64,000 nt of DNA from Myxococcales bacterium (lineage in GTDB: Bacteria; Myxococcota_A; Polyangia; Polyangiales; DASUME01). Each line of letters begins with the position of its first letter. Positions within the stretch are counted from its first letter, which is position 1. Where the stretch lies: positions 4,256,001 through 4,320,000 of the forward strand of contig JASGJH010000001.1 in NCBI GenBank assembly GCA_047601445.1, given 5' to 3'. The notes under the pieces were generated by a model that saw nothing but the letters and a program-made list of their open reading frames with translations, was not told where the DNA came from and made no database searches. The position numbers were made by a program, and so were the translations under genes. Below are positions 1-11,337 of this stretch, one piece after another.

Positions 1-485
1 TCGCGGCCGAACAAGATGAAGACAAAGCTCTTGAGGTAGCTGATCATGAAGTCGTGGGCCGCCGGGTGCTCCCTAAGTCCGTACAGCAGCCGATAGCGCC
101 AGGTGGCGGTCCGCTTCTCTTCATGTAGCTCGACCTCAGCCCCATTGTGCATGATGCGGTGGTAGCGAGAGACGCAGTGCGCGGCTTCGCGCATCGTCCT
201 GCAGGACCGGGCCGCAAACTCGAGGGCGTCCATGTCTCCGAGCTGTACATTGCGGCCCGCCTTGAGCCCCAGCTGCGGATCTCCAAGGACCGCCACGATG
301 TTCGCGAGCAACCGCATCGTCGTGGCGTGTGGTACCCGAGCGTCCGGCTTGCGCAGCTCCTCGAAGTTCAGGTTCTCCGCGAACAGAAGCCGAATATATC
401 GAGGGTCGGCGCCGCACGTCCGAATGAACGGCCAGAAGAAACGGACCGAGAGGGAGACTTTCTCGTGCTCGCGTTGCGCTGCCAC
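1..485 (-). CDS. AraC-family transcriptional regulator (OruR/VirS-type N-terminal ligand-binding domain), runs off window start
   Basis: Not in the ORF track; translated by hand: VAAQREHEKVSLSVRFFWPF...KPDARVPHATTMRLLANIVAVLGDPQLGLKAG...ALEFAARSCRTMREAAHCVSRYHRIM. This matches the GDPxLGL...S.TL.EA...RY pattern of the other AraC genes here. GTG start at 485 is tentative. Confidence 0.75.
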   Translation of the reverse strand, partial: MAAQREHEKVSLSVRFFWPFIRTCGADPRYIRLLFAENLNFEELRKPDARVPHATTMRLLANIVAVLGDPQLGLKAGRNVQLGDMDALEFAARSCRTMREAAHCVSRYHRIMHNGAEVELHEEKRTATWRYRLLYGLREHPAAHDFMISYLKSFVFILFGR

Positions 486-589
486 GGTTCTCGCTAAGTC
501 TTCATGCTGGCGCGAAACCCACCATTGACGCAAGCGCGCCAACCGTCACTGTGCGAATCCACACCACCACTCGACCACGCCGCGTCGGC

Positions 590-853
590 TTAATCCAGTA
601 CCCTGCACCTCTGAAACATTTCTAAACATTGGCTCCAGCGACTGCGGCTCCGCTGCCCTCCAACACGCCTCCTCGATGATCCGCTGACGCGAGCGATACT
701 GCCCGGTGTCTCGCCGGTCAGCGGAACGAACGCATGGGATCCCGATAGTCGACCCGAGTCCACGGCCGCCTGGCCGAAGAGCGGTTCGGGCGTAGTGCCC
801 TGGTGCAAGAGAAATGCTTGGAGCTCCCGGAGAAGGTAAGACGACACTTCCAT
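590..853 (-). pseudogene. possible truncated AraC N-terminal remnant
   Basis: MEVSSYLLRELQAFLLHQGTTPEPLFGQAAVDSGRLSGSHAFVPL resembles the first ~45 aa of the AraC paralogues (e.g. VLSSWARIVVDALAARGLDPAPVLSAAGF...PNARHSI); similarity is lost afterwards. Confidence 0.35.
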
Positions 854-1033
854 CGAAGCAGCTTAGGACGCCGCGATGAATGACTTCGATAGCGCCGAAA
901 GTCATTCGACTAACCTCGGGCGTCAGGCATGCGTGTCGTCAGCGCACCAAAGAATGGCGCTGTCGGACCTGGTCCATGGCGCGCGCAATGGGCACGAATG
1001 GAGGCGACCGTTCCTTTCGAAAGGTGTTGTCTC

Positions 1034-1894
1034 ATGAAGTCACTTGCAGGCAAGGTGGCCGCGATCACCGGCGCGGGTTCCGGCATCGGGCGCGCCACGG
1101 CAGCGCTACTGGCCAGACATGGATGCCATTTGGCGCTTTCGGACGTGGACTCGGCAGGACTCGCCCAGACTCTGAAGGACTGCTCCGGATCAGGGGTCCA
1201 AATCAGCGCAACGCTCGTAGACGTCGCGGACCGTGAGGCCATGCACGGGTGGGCCGACCTCTGTGTACGGCAACACGACAAGGTCAACCTGATCCTCAAT
1301 AACGCCGGCGTGTCCGTAGCTGCGTCCGTCGAGGGTATCCGTTACGAGGACTTCGACTGGATCATGGGAATCAACTTCTGGGGCGTCGTACACGGAACCA
1401 AGGCATTTCTCCCGCACATCAAGCGTGCCGGCGAGGGAGCGATCGTGAATGTGTCCAGCGTGTTCGGATTCATCGGAATTCCAGGCCAATCCTCCTATAA
1501 CGCCTCCAAGTTCGCCGTGCGCGGGTTCACCGAAGCGCTCCGCGCAGAGCTCGACATCGAGGGCACGGGCATCGGAGTGACGTGCGTTCATCCTGGAGGT
1601 ATCCGTACCAACATCGCGCGCAACGCTCGCGTGACGGAGCACGAGGGGCTCATCGACGAACGCTCGACGCTAGAATTCGAGAAGGTACTGCGCACATCTT
1701 CCGAGACTGCAGCGAAGAGCATCGTCCATGGCATCCTCAAGAACCAGCGCCGGGTCCTGATCGGCGTCGACGCCGTCGCCATCGATCTGATGCAGCGCTT
1801 CATGCCGACAGGCTACCAGGCGGCGATCGCTGCTGGCGGTAGGTTGCGCAAGCGCCAGATGCTGCCCAAGGCAGGAAAGGCGCTGACCCCATGA
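1034..1894 (+). CDS. short-chain dehydrogenase/reductase (SDR)
   Basis: TGAGSGIG Rossmann motif, NNAG, NVSS, catalytic YNASK; ATG at 1034 preceded by AAGGTG. Confidence 0.93.
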   Translation: MKSLAGKVAAITGAGSGIGRATAALLARHGCHLALSDVDSAGLAQTLKDCSGSGVQISATLVDVADREAMHGWADLCVRQHDKVNLILNNAGVSVAASVEGIRYEDFDWIMGINFWGVVHGTKAFLPHIKRAGEGAIVNVSSVFGFIGIPGQSSYNASKFAVRGFTEALRAELDIEGTGIGVTCVHPGGIRTNIARNARVTEHEGLIDERSTLEFEKVLRTSSETAAKSIVHGILKNQRRVLIGVDAVAIDLMQRFMPTGYQAAIAAGGRLRKRQMLPKAGKALTP

Positions 1895-3534
1895 CGCCCA
1901 AGCCCTCGCCCCATGGGACCAAGCCAGATCATGACATCCTCATCATCGGGACCGGATTCGCCGGCCTGGGTATGGCGATTCAGCTAAAGAAATCCGGCTT
2001 CCATGACTTCGTGCTGATCGAGAAGGAACCAGACGTCGGTGGCACGTGGTTGGTCAACCGCTACCCGGGGTGCGCATGCGATGTCCAATCGCATCTGTAC
2101 TCGTTCTCTTTCGAGCCGAATGCAGATTGGTCCCGTGAGTTTGCGACCCAGCCGGAGATCCTTGCCTACCTTCGGCGCTGCACCGACAAGCACGCCCTAC
2201 GCAGCCACGTTCAGTTTGGCACGCAAGTGGTCGGCGCACGCTACGACGACCAAGCTCAGGTCTGGCGCATCATCCTCGCGAGCACCGACGAGGTCGACGC
2301 CGTCGTGAAACAGCTTGGACTGAAGCCAGGCGAAGTGCCGGCCTCGGAAGCCGCAGTGGCCGAACTGCGCACGCGCACTGTCAGCGCGCGCGTCCTAGTG
2401 TCTGGTCTCGGCGGCCTCTCGACGCCAGCTTATCCGAATCTACCCGGCATCGAAGACTTTCGTGGCGTCACCTTCCACTCGCAGCGGTGGCGCGAAGACT
2501 ACGACTTGCGCGGCAAGCGTGTGGCCGTGATCGGAACGGGTGCTTCGGCGATCCAGTTCGTACCACAAATACAGCCCTTGGTGGCTCAGCTCGACGTGTA
2601 CCAGCGCACGCCCCCCTGGATTCTGCCGAAGTTTGACCGCTCACTCGGATGGCTGGAGCGCTGGTTCCTGCGCAACGTGCCTGGCGTTCGTGCTCTGCGA
2701 AGGCTCGCACTGTACCTGCGGCTGGAAGCACGGGCAGTCGCATTCATGCACGCCACCTGGCTGCTCGCGTTCGCAACGCTGCCTGCAAGGCTCTACCTGC
2801 GCCTTCGGGTTCGTGACCCGGTGTTGCGAAGAAAGCTCACTCCCAAGTATTCCGTAGGCTGTAAGCGTGTTCTCCTCTCGAACGACTGGCTCCCGGCCCT
2901 TACTGCACCCAACGTATCCCTCGTGAGCGAAGGTGCGGCCAGCGTAAAGCAGCACTCGGTGGTCGATGCGAGCGGCGTCGAGCGGCCCGCAGACGCCATC
3001 ATTTTCGGCACCGGTTTTCGGGTAAGCGACCCTATTCCGTCGGGACTCTTGCGCGGTCGCGATGGACGCGACCTCGCGGCGGAATGGAAGGAGAGCGGCC
3101 CCGAGGCATACAAAGGTACCACCATCAACGGCTTTCCAAACCTGTTCGTGCTCGTGGGGCCGAACACGGCCATCGGCCATACCTCGCTGGTCTACATGAT
3201 CGAGTCGCAAATCCGCTACGTAATGAGCGCACTCGAGTACATGCGCAAACAGGGTGTGGCAACGCTCGAAGTGAAGCGGGCTGCTCAGACCGAGTTCAAT
3301 CGGGAGATCCAGCGGCGCTCAGCTGGCACGGTGTTCACCGCAGGCGGGTGCCGAAGCTACTACCTAGACGCCAAGACCTCCAAGAACATCGCGATCTGGC
3401 CTGATTACAGCTTCCGTTTTCGTCAACTAACGAGGCGCTTCGACCCGCAGCAATACCACCTGTCTCCGGCGACCTGTGCGCAGGCATCGCCGTTCGCTTC
3501 GGCTGACCGTCCGCCGCGCGACGCCTTGGCCTGA
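1891..3534 (+). CDS. Baeyer-Villiger-type flavin monooxygenase
   Basis: GTGFAG and GTGASA Rossmann motifs, GGTWLVNRYPGCACD, BVMO fingerprint FRGVTFHSQRW; ATGA overlap with the SDR stop. Confidence 0.93.
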   Translation: MTPKPSPHGTKPDHDILIIGTGFAGLGMAIQLKKSGFHDFVLIEKEPDVGGTWLVNRYPGCACDVQSHLYSFSFEPNADWSREFATQPEILAYLRRCTDKHALRSHVQFGTQVVGARYDDQAQVWRIILASTDEVDAVVKQLGLKPGEVPASEAAVAELRTRTVSARVLVSGLGGLSTPAYPNLPGIEDFRGVTFHSQRWREDYDLRGKRVAVIGTGASAIQFVPQIQPLVAQLDVYQRTPPWILPKFDRSLGWLERWFLRNVPGVRALRRLALYLRLEARAVAFMHATWLLAFATLPARLYLRLRVRDPVLRRKLTPKYSVGCKRVLLSNDWLPALTAPNVSLVSEGAASVKQHSVVDASGVERPADAIIFGTGFRVSDPIPSGLLRGRDGRDLAAEWKESGPEAYKGTTINGFPNLFVLVGPNTAIGHTSLVYMIESQIRYVMSALEYMRKQGVATLEVKRAAQTEFNREIQRRSAGTVFTAGGCRSYYLDAKTSKNIAIWPDYSFRFRQLTRRFDPQQYHLSPATCAQASPFASADRPPRDALA

Positions 3535-3547
3535 GTATCGTCTCAGG

Positions 3548-4726
3548 TCAAAGGATCACGACATCTTCACATGCGAAGCTCGCGTTCAGTGTGACCTTGG
3601 GGTTCTGCCTCAACTCATCGCAGGCCTTTCCGACCAAACGCAGCGTCTGTAGGTCCGCCTCGACCTCATAGCCGTCGTTGCCATTGCATTCCAGGGCCTT
3701 GCCATTGAGCGAGACCTCACCGGCACACTCGCGACCGGCCACGATCGTCCCTTCGAGCTTCACGTCGCAACTCACGGTGCCGCCGATGATCTTCGTCAGC
3801 GCGGCCACCAAGCCGTTCTTGTCCTCTGGGCGGAATGCCTTCTCACCGGTAGCACCGGCCTTCGCCACATCTTCGAGATGGGCGGCCACATCGGCGTCAT
3901 TGCCCGCCAACGAAATTGCGAAGGTCTTGATCCCTTGCTTGGCAAGGTCGGTCACCGTCGCTACCGCTTGCATGTCGGTGGCTTCCGTCGCCGGAACGCC
4001 ATCGTGAAAATCGCATAGGTTGGGCTTCCCGTCCGTTGCCAACACCACGTAGGCAGGCCCTTGCTGCGCGGACGGCTTGGAGGCCTTGATTCGATTGCTC
4101 AGCTCGATCAGCGCATAGTGCGTCGGTGTGCTCGCGCCAGTTTGGTTCGCGGGGTAAGCCGTGGCGATCGCGCCTGCATTGTTGAGTGTCGGGGCCACCT
4201 CGATGGCCCGCGGACATACTCCGGGCACGTATACACCGGGAGCGGACAGGCCACCGTCGTAGACGTACAGCCCGAACGCAACGCTTTCCTGAAGCTTGGA
4301 CACGAGGCCCCCGCTCTGTGCCACCAGAGCGTCGCGAAGGAGACTCCAGCGCGACGCCCCGCCAGCGGCGAGCGGCGCGGCCATGCTCCCGGAGCCATCG
4401 ACGAGTAGCCAAACGGTTGGAATGACGCGCTGCACGTCCAGCTCGGCGCGCGCACAGGTCCCGGGTCCTTCTCCGTCTCCTTGTCCGGGCGCGTCGTCGC
4501 CGGTGCGATCGCCGTCGCCGGATCCGTCGTCACCACTTCCGTCTCCGTCGCCGCTCCCCGTTTTGCCTCCGTCGTCGACTTCGCCGGATAGGCCGCCGCT
4601 ACGCCCGGGAGGCTTGTCCGGTCCCCCGCAGCTCACCAAAACGGCGAGTGCGGATGGAAGCAGAACGCCATTCGTCAGGCGGGTCAGCGAGCAGACGTTG
4701 CAAGACCAAAATGCGTGATGAAGCAT
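3548..4726 (-). CDS. vWA-domain lipoprotein
   Basis: Lipobox-like VLVSC, Gly/Asp linker, MIDAS DGSGS, TPT, LATDGKPN, Cys-containing C-terminal domain; start uncertain (4726 or 4798). Confidence 0.8.
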   Translation of the reverse strand: MLHHAFWSCNVCSLTRLTNGVLLPSALAVLVSCGGPDKPPGRSGGLSGEVDDGGKTGSGDGDGSGDDGSGDGDRTGDDAPGQGDGEGPGTCARAELDVQRVIPTVWLLVDGSGSMAAPLAAGGASRWSLLRDALVAQSGGLVSKLQESVAFGLYVYDGGLSAPGVYVPGVCPRAIEVAPTLNNAGAIATAYPANQTGASTPTHYALIELSNRIKASKPSAQQGPAYVVLATDGKPNLCDFHDGVPATEATDMQAVATVTDLAKQGIKTFAISLAGNDADVAAHLEDVAKAGATGEKAFRPEDKNGLVAALTKIIGGTVSCDVKLEGTIVAGRECAGEVSLNGKALECNGNDGYEVEADLQTLRLVGKACDELRQNPKVTLNASFACEDVVIL

Positions 4727-4794
4727 GCACTGATCTATCGCTTCAAATCTTCGAGGGAGACAATGACAGCAGCTAGTCGAGAACGTGACACGAC

Positions 4795-7215
4795 TCAACT
4801 CGACCGCTTGCCGCGCGCTGCTTGAGTACGCTCGCTGCTCGCATCATTTACGTGGTCCAGGAGCGCATTGCTCGACGAGGCGAGCGCCAGCTGCATGGAG
4901 GCCCCGAGTTCCGGGGGCCCGAGCATCCGATGGACGAGCCGATCGGCGCGGGCGATCAGAGCAGGATTGCCCGAAGCCCGGAATTGCTGTTCGCTCGCAC
5001 GAACCGCCTGCTCGCACGCCGAAAGGTCCTCCATTTCCCAGGCGACCCGCGCCTGCACCTCGTACACGGCTCCGAGCAACACGGGATGTGCCGACGAGCG
5101 AAGGCGCTTGCGGAGGGCGTCGATCCGCTGCAGAGCGACTTCTGAGCGACCGAGCCGCGCCGAGGCCAAAATGTGCTGAAGCTCGACTTCCGTGAATAAC
5201 GTGGCGTAGGCCTCATCCGCCTCGGTCAGCTGGGGCAGGATCGCATTGCAGGCCTCGAGAGCGCGCGCGTGGTTGCCGTTTTCGTTGCTAACGCGCGCGA
5301 TCAGGCCGTGGGTGAGGGCCCAGCCGACGAAGCTGCGCGGAGCACGTTCGGCTAGTACCTCCATGATCATGGCTTCCACATGCTCGGGTCGCTCCCCTCC
5401 CACCACCGCGAGCGCGCCGGATGCCAGCCGCGCGTACAGCGCGAGCGAAGGGGCTCGCTTGCTCGCCGACTCCAGCCGGTCTCGAACTCTTTGTAGAGCG
5501 ATTGCGTCCGATGCCGCCACGTGGATCGGGATCAGCGCCGCAGCCTCCCACATCTCGACTTGCCAAGCGGAGCCGGTGTGCGCCGCGTGAAGCTCCACCT
5601 GTTCTCGATGGCGCTCGGCCTCTGCCTGCTGGCCGCGGTTTTCGTAGTAGAGAAACCGGAGCTCACTCGCGATCATCCTATAGAAATTGAGACCGCTCCC
5701 ATCCAACGCCGCCGCGCTCTCGAGTGCCGCGCTCCCGTCGGCCTGAAAGCTGGCGAGAGCCCCCCGCGCGAAGTGGCAGCCTGCCAGGAACAATTCACGC
5801 GCTGGCTGCTCGATGAGCCTGTAGAATCGGGGATCTTGAAAGTTCCGAATCAGCGTCTCGAAGGCTACCTGAGCCTCCGCGGGTCGCTCACGACCAATCT
5901 GCTCCAGGGCGCGGCAGAAGTCGTAGGCGCCGCGCGCAGACGCGCGCCTGGGAAGGCAAGCGAAGGGGGCCAATGTGTCGGCGATTCGGCGGGCATGGTC
6001 GGCGTCGAGCACGACGATGGACGAGGCCGTCAGCGTGCTCGTCGTTCCGATGAGATGAAACACGGCGTCGACAAAGGAGTACGTGCGCTCCCGACGTGGC
6101 GCCGAGTAGAACCTGATACAAGCCCATCCAACAGCGATCGCCAGGGCAACGAGTGGCCCCCAAAAGCGCTGAAGGCGCCTGGCGAGTGCGACCCCAGTCA
6201 CTTGCTCCACCGCGTCGAGCGCTTCTTCCCCGTAGCGCTCTCCCCAACTGCGGTCCTCGTAGTACGCGGCATGTGCCAGCGCGCTCAGCAGGGGCACCCT
6301 CTCGTAGACCGAAAGGCGGTGCCGTCGATAGACGAGCAGCGCGCTTTCGAGCGCGTGGCCCATGTAGTTCAGGTTGGCGATCATCCTTTGCGTCGCCACG
6401 ATGTCCGAGCAAACTCGCGCGATCAATCGGGCGCCCGCCAGCTCCTGGCCGCCCTGCATCAGATGCCACCCGGCCTCGATGCGCAGGGTTCGGTCGTCGT
6501 CCTCATGGGCCACGAGTGTGAGCACCTCCCCCAGGCGGCGATGCGTGTGGCGCAGGTCGATTTCGTCCATCCTTCGAGTCATGGCCTCTCTTACGGCGAG
6601 GCTGCTGAAGCGATAGCGCCCTTGATCCACTTGCAGCACATCCCATCGGACAAGCTCGCCGAGCAGGGCCTGTGCAGGGACCGACGTTTCGCGCACCAAG
6701 CGCTGACATAGGCCAATCGTGGGTTCTAGACGCAGCAAGGCAATGCCGCGAACGAGGGCGGTCGCTTCGGCGCTGAGTGGAGCAAACCGATCCATGAGGG
6801 CGTCGTCGAAGAGATCGGGCAGCTGCGCGTCCGGTCGGTGCTCGGGCAACACCCAAAAGCCGTTCAGATACCGTATCTGACCACGTGCCATGAGCTGACG
6901 CACGATCTGCAGACAGTACAGCGGAGCACCCATGGTGCGCTGATGCAACCATTCCGCGAATCGTGGTGCGCACGGGGCATCGCCGAAGGCCGAGCGAATC
7001 CAGGCCAACGTCTCGTGGGGCGCAAACCCCGCAAGCAGTACGGGGACGGTGGAGTTGCGCAGGGCGGTGAGGCCGATCGATCGGAGCTGCTCGCCGGACG
7101 CGCGCTCAGTGACCGCGAGAAGGAGCCGGTGCTGGGGTGCAAGGCGCGCGAGCGACGACAGAACTCCGAGACTCGCGTCATCGGCGTGCTCCACGTTGTC
7201 AACTCCGATTACCAC
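4795..7215 (-). CDS. C-terminal part (Walker B and helical/TPR-like region) of a Ser/Thr kinase-ATPase; separated from its N-terminal part by a frameshift
   Basis: Frame is open from about 7278 (DSSCGLAIEQWFAELTKSRPVVIGVDNVEHADDAS), with Walker B-like VDNVEHAD and GAPLY motif typical of AAA_16/STAND-like ATPases. Confidence 0.75.
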   Translation of the reverse strand: MVIGVDNVEHADDASLGVLSSLARLAPQHRLLLAVTERASGEQLRSIGLTALRNSTVPVLLAGFAPHETLAWIRSAFGDAPCAPRFAEWLHQRTMGAPLYCLQIVRQLMARGQIRYLNGFWVLPEHRPDAQLPDLFDDALMDRFAPLSAEATALVRGIALLRLEPTIGLCQRLVRETSVPAQALLGELVRWDVLQVDQGRYRFSSLAVREAMTRRMDEIDLRHTHRRLGEVLTLVAHEDDDRTLRIEAGWHLMQGGQELAGARLIARVCSDIVATQRMIANLNYMGHALESALLVYRRHRLSVYERVPLLSALAHAAYYEDRSWGERYGEEALDAVEQVTGVALARRLQRFWGPLVALAIAVGWACIRFYSAPRRERTYSFVDAVFHLIGTTSTLTASSIVVLDADHARRIADTLAPFACLPRRASARGAYDFCRALEQIGRERPAEAQVAFETLIRNFQDPRFYRLIEQPARELFLAGCHFARGALASFQADGSAALESAAALDGSGLNFYRMIASELRFLYYENRGQQAEAERHREQVELHAAHTGSAWQVEMWEAAALIPIHVAASDAIALQRVRDRLESASKRAPSLALYARLASGALAVVGGERPEHVEAMIMEVLAERAPRSFVGWALTHGLIARVSNENGNHARALEACNAILPQLTEADEAYATLFTEVELQHILASARLGRSEVALQRIDALRKRLRSSAHPVLLGAVYEVQARVAWEMEDLSACEQAVRASEQQFRASGNPALIARADRLVHRMLGPPELGASMQLALASSSNALLDHVNDASSERTQAARGKRSS

Positions 7216-8548
7216 TGGCCGCGATTTCGTTAGCTCTGCGAACCATTGCTCGATGGCGAGCCCACAGCTCGAATCCGCCTACCATCGGGGGTGAACTTGA
7301 CGCTGGCAGGAGGTCTTCGACATCCCTCCCCAGTGCCGCCAGCGCTGGCCGGCAGAAACGAGAAGCCATTCGTGCAGCGTCGGGAGCGAGCTCGAACGCG
7401 CGTAACACAAGCGCGCGCAACGTCGCATAAGGACGACGCATCATGCTCGCGTCCACCTCGAGCACGCAAGCGCCCCCCATCCTGGCCTGAAGCATCTGCT
7501 CGTCGAGCAACCGGGAGCGGCCCACGCCCGGCGGCCCCTCCACTCGATATGCACCGCCGCCCTCGGTGAGCGCTCCTTTGGCAGCCCTCGACAGGATGTT
7601 CATCTCGCGCTCGCGGCCGATGAAGGCGGGTCGACGCAAGAAGCTCTCGGCCAGCCGCGCCGCATCCTCCTCGACCTCGGGAGCCAGATTCCCGATGACG
7701 TTGAGACGCGCGATCACTTCTGCTGCGCTGGCGGGACGGGCGAGCGGGTTCCTGCTGAGTAAGCTCATTACGAGTGCGTCGAGGTCTTCCGGCACACTGG
7801 GAGACCAGGCGGAGGGCGGGGGCGGGTCAGTCTCCCAGATCCGCTCCAGTTCCTCGACCCGCCGCGCGGGATAGGCGTGCCGCTTGGTCAGGATCCAGTA
7901 CGCGAGAGCGCCGAGGGAATACAGGTCGGCGCGCTGGTCCAAGGGCGCACCGAACCATGCCTCCGGGGGAATGCACGGCGCGGTCCCCACAATCTCTCCC
8001 CGATGGCCGAAGGACGCAAGGGCACCGAAGTCGAGCAGCTTGGAGTGCCCGTCCGGTGTGCGTCGCACGTTGTTTGGACTTACATCGCGGTGAAGGAGCC
8101 GGCGAGCATGCAGGAGCGCGAGCGAGGTCGCGACGTCGCGCAGGCAAAAACACGCTTCGCGGCACTCCATGGGCCCAACACGGCGAAGGTCCTCGCCTTG
8201 CAAGAGCTCCATCGTGTAGAAGTTCCCGAGCTCGTCGCTGCCATAATCGAAGGCTCGGATGATGCGGGGATGGTCCAACGAGGAAAGCGCCTGATACTCG
8301 CGCTCGAGGGCACGCAGTCCCGCGCTGCCTGCGCTCTCGAGCTTCACGCGCTTGAGCGCCCTCTCCTCGCCGGCCAGATGATCGAACACACGATAGACGA
8401 CGCCCATGCCTCCCGAGGCCAGCTGCTGCAGGACTTCGTAGCGGTCCTTTCGTGCGGTGGGCGCCGAACCACTCGCCGGAGTCGAGTCCGAAGTGAAGGG
8501 TCCGCGCTCTTTGGAGGAAACGTCGTGCACAACCGTTCGAGGGTGCAC
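7199..8548 (-). CDS. Ser/Thr protein kinase plus P-loop (N-terminal part of frameshifted kinase-ATPase)
   Basis: LASGGMGVVY, ALK, HRDVSPNN, LLDFG, ADLYSLG; then FIGRERE and P-loop EGPPGVGRS; start uncertain. Confidence 0.85.
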   Translation of the reverse strand: MHPRTVVHDVSSKERGPFTSDSTPASGSAPTARKDRYEVLQQLASGGMGVVYRVFDHLAGEERALKRVKLESAGSAGLRALEREYQALSSLDHPRIIRAFDYGSDELGNFYTMELLQGEDLRRVGPMECREACFCLRDVATSLALLHARRLLHRDVSPNNVRRTPDGHSKLLDFGALASFGHRGEIVGTAPCIPPEAWFGAPLDQRADLYSLGALAYWILTKRHAYPARRVEELERIWETDPPPPSAWSPSVPEDLDALVMSLLSRNPLARPASAAEVIARLNVIGNLAPEVEEDAARLAESFLRRPAFIGREREMNILSRAAKGALTEGGGAYRVEGPPGVGRSRLLDEQMLQARMGGACVLEVDASMMRRPYATLRALVLRAFELAPDAARMASRFCRPALAALGRDVEDLLPASSSPPMVGGFELWARHRAMVRRANEIAASGNRS

Positions 8549-8707
8549 TGTATCATTTGGTCGATGCCTCCTTGAAGTGGCGGCCCCGGGCTGGACGCGC
8601 CAATGCGAGACGCCGTACACACTCGGCTGCGCAGCAGTGAGCACAGTTCTTGTCCGGCAGTCTGCTGGAAAGGTCGGCCAGGTACCCAAGCGGGCGGATT
8701 TTGCGAT

Positions 8708-10093
<1,386 letters not shown>

Positions 10094-10211
10094 GACAAAC
10101 CTCTCAAGAAGGCAAGGAGCAAGTGACTAAGTCCTGATAGAACAGGACCATGTCACAGAGGCTCATGCAGCTCGCGCCGTTAGCTGCGCAGGGTGCGCCA
10201 ACGGAACAGTC

Positions 10212-10730
10212 TCACATGCGCTGAGTCGGCTCACTTCCCGACGCGAGTGCGGCCGCATTGCGTGCTGCGTTGAACAGCAATTGCTCCGCAAGACCGTCGG
10301 CCAACAGGGTTTCGATGCGCGATCCCAGAAAGGGCACGGGTACCTTTGCAGTGACTTCGAACGTGGACTCGTAGCGGCAGCCCGCGGAGCTCGGTTCGAG
10401 GAAACTGCGACCACTCGCTCTACCAGGCATGCCTTGTACTTCGACGGCAAACTCGGCGACCCATCGCTTGCCCTGCCTACGCCAGTAGGTTTTTTCGGTG
10501 GCCCAATGCGTCGGCTCGACCCACCCCTTGACGAAGTGAGGCAGGTCAATGGTGCGCTGACGCGCGATGGTCAGCCGGAACCCACCATCCACCTCATCGA
10601 GCTGGATGTCGATCTCGCGGTCGCCAGCAGCTGCACTGCGATCACGCAAGAAGCCCGGATCCAGAACTAGCGCCGCGACGCGATCGGGGTCCGCGGCGTA
10701 CTCAAAGGAAATGCGACGTGAGACGGTCAT
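10212..10730 (-). CDS. DUF2505 / SRPBCC-like protein
   Basis: FEYAADPDRVAALVLDPGFL N-terminus and VTAKVPVPFLGSRIE C-terminal motif typical of DUF2505. Confidence 0.7.
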   Translation of the reverse strand: MTVSRRISFEYAADPDRVAALVLDPGFLRDRSAAAGDREIDIQLDEVDGGFRLTIARQRTIDLPHFVKGWVEPTHWATEKTYWRRQGKRWVAEFAVEVQGMPGRASGRSFLEPSSAGCRYESTFEVTAKVPVPFLGSRIETLLADGLAEQLLFNAARNAAALASGSEPTQRM

Positions 10731-10832
10731 GGGGCGGTCGTCCCACGGACTCACGTCACCGGCATTGACCGCCAGACACCCAATCTGGTGACCTGATAAC
10801 AGCCTTGGGCGTGAGGCGTTGCACCCTCTGCA

Positions 10833-11330
10833 TCAGAAGCGACTCAAGAGATAGCCGCTCGCCCCGGGCAGCTTTCCGTCGATCGCAATCGTGGCGACAC
10901 CAGGCGGCACCAGGTCCGCCGGCACGTACGTGATTGCCCCTGGTAGCGAGGCGACCACCCGCGCCGCTAGGTCCTCGGTCGGCAATGTGCGAGGCGGTTC
11001 CTGGCCGGTGCGAATGCGGCGGTCGACCCAGAATCGGCCCGCTTCGTCGGGGTCGCGACCCAGCACGATGCGGTCGAAGCGCTCGCGCAGAGGCGAGCCG
11101 GCAGGTTGATTGATCGGGATGAAGTACCTCCCGCGCGCGTACTGCGTGGAGTTTCCCTCGAAGATACTGCGGAGCTCCGACAAGCTGAGGCCACGCACCG
11201 CCTCGCCTTTGGCGACGATCACGACCAGCGGCGGCGGATGCTCGCCTTGCGCAGAGCCCGACCGAGGCCCGGGGGCCGCTCCGAGGAGCGCGAGGCTGAG
11301 CACGAATGCGATAGCTAACCTGCTTCCCAT
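10833..11330 (-). CDS. small PstS-like periplasmic protein (single-lobe phosphate-ABC substrate-binding-like)
   Basis: Signal peptide; LVVIV...LSLSELRSIF.G; FWVDRRIR.G..PP; VASLPGAITYVP; IAIDG. Confidence 0.72.
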   Translation of the reverse strand: MGSRLAIAFVLSLALLGAAPGPRSGSAQGEHPPPLVVIVAKGEAVRGLSLSELRSIFEGNSTQYARGRYFIPINQPAGSPLRERFDRIVLGRDPDEAGRFWVDRRIRTGQEPPRTLPTEDLAARVVASLPGAITYVPADLVPPGVATIAIDGKLPGASGYLLSRF

Positions 11331-11337
11331 GTTCGCC

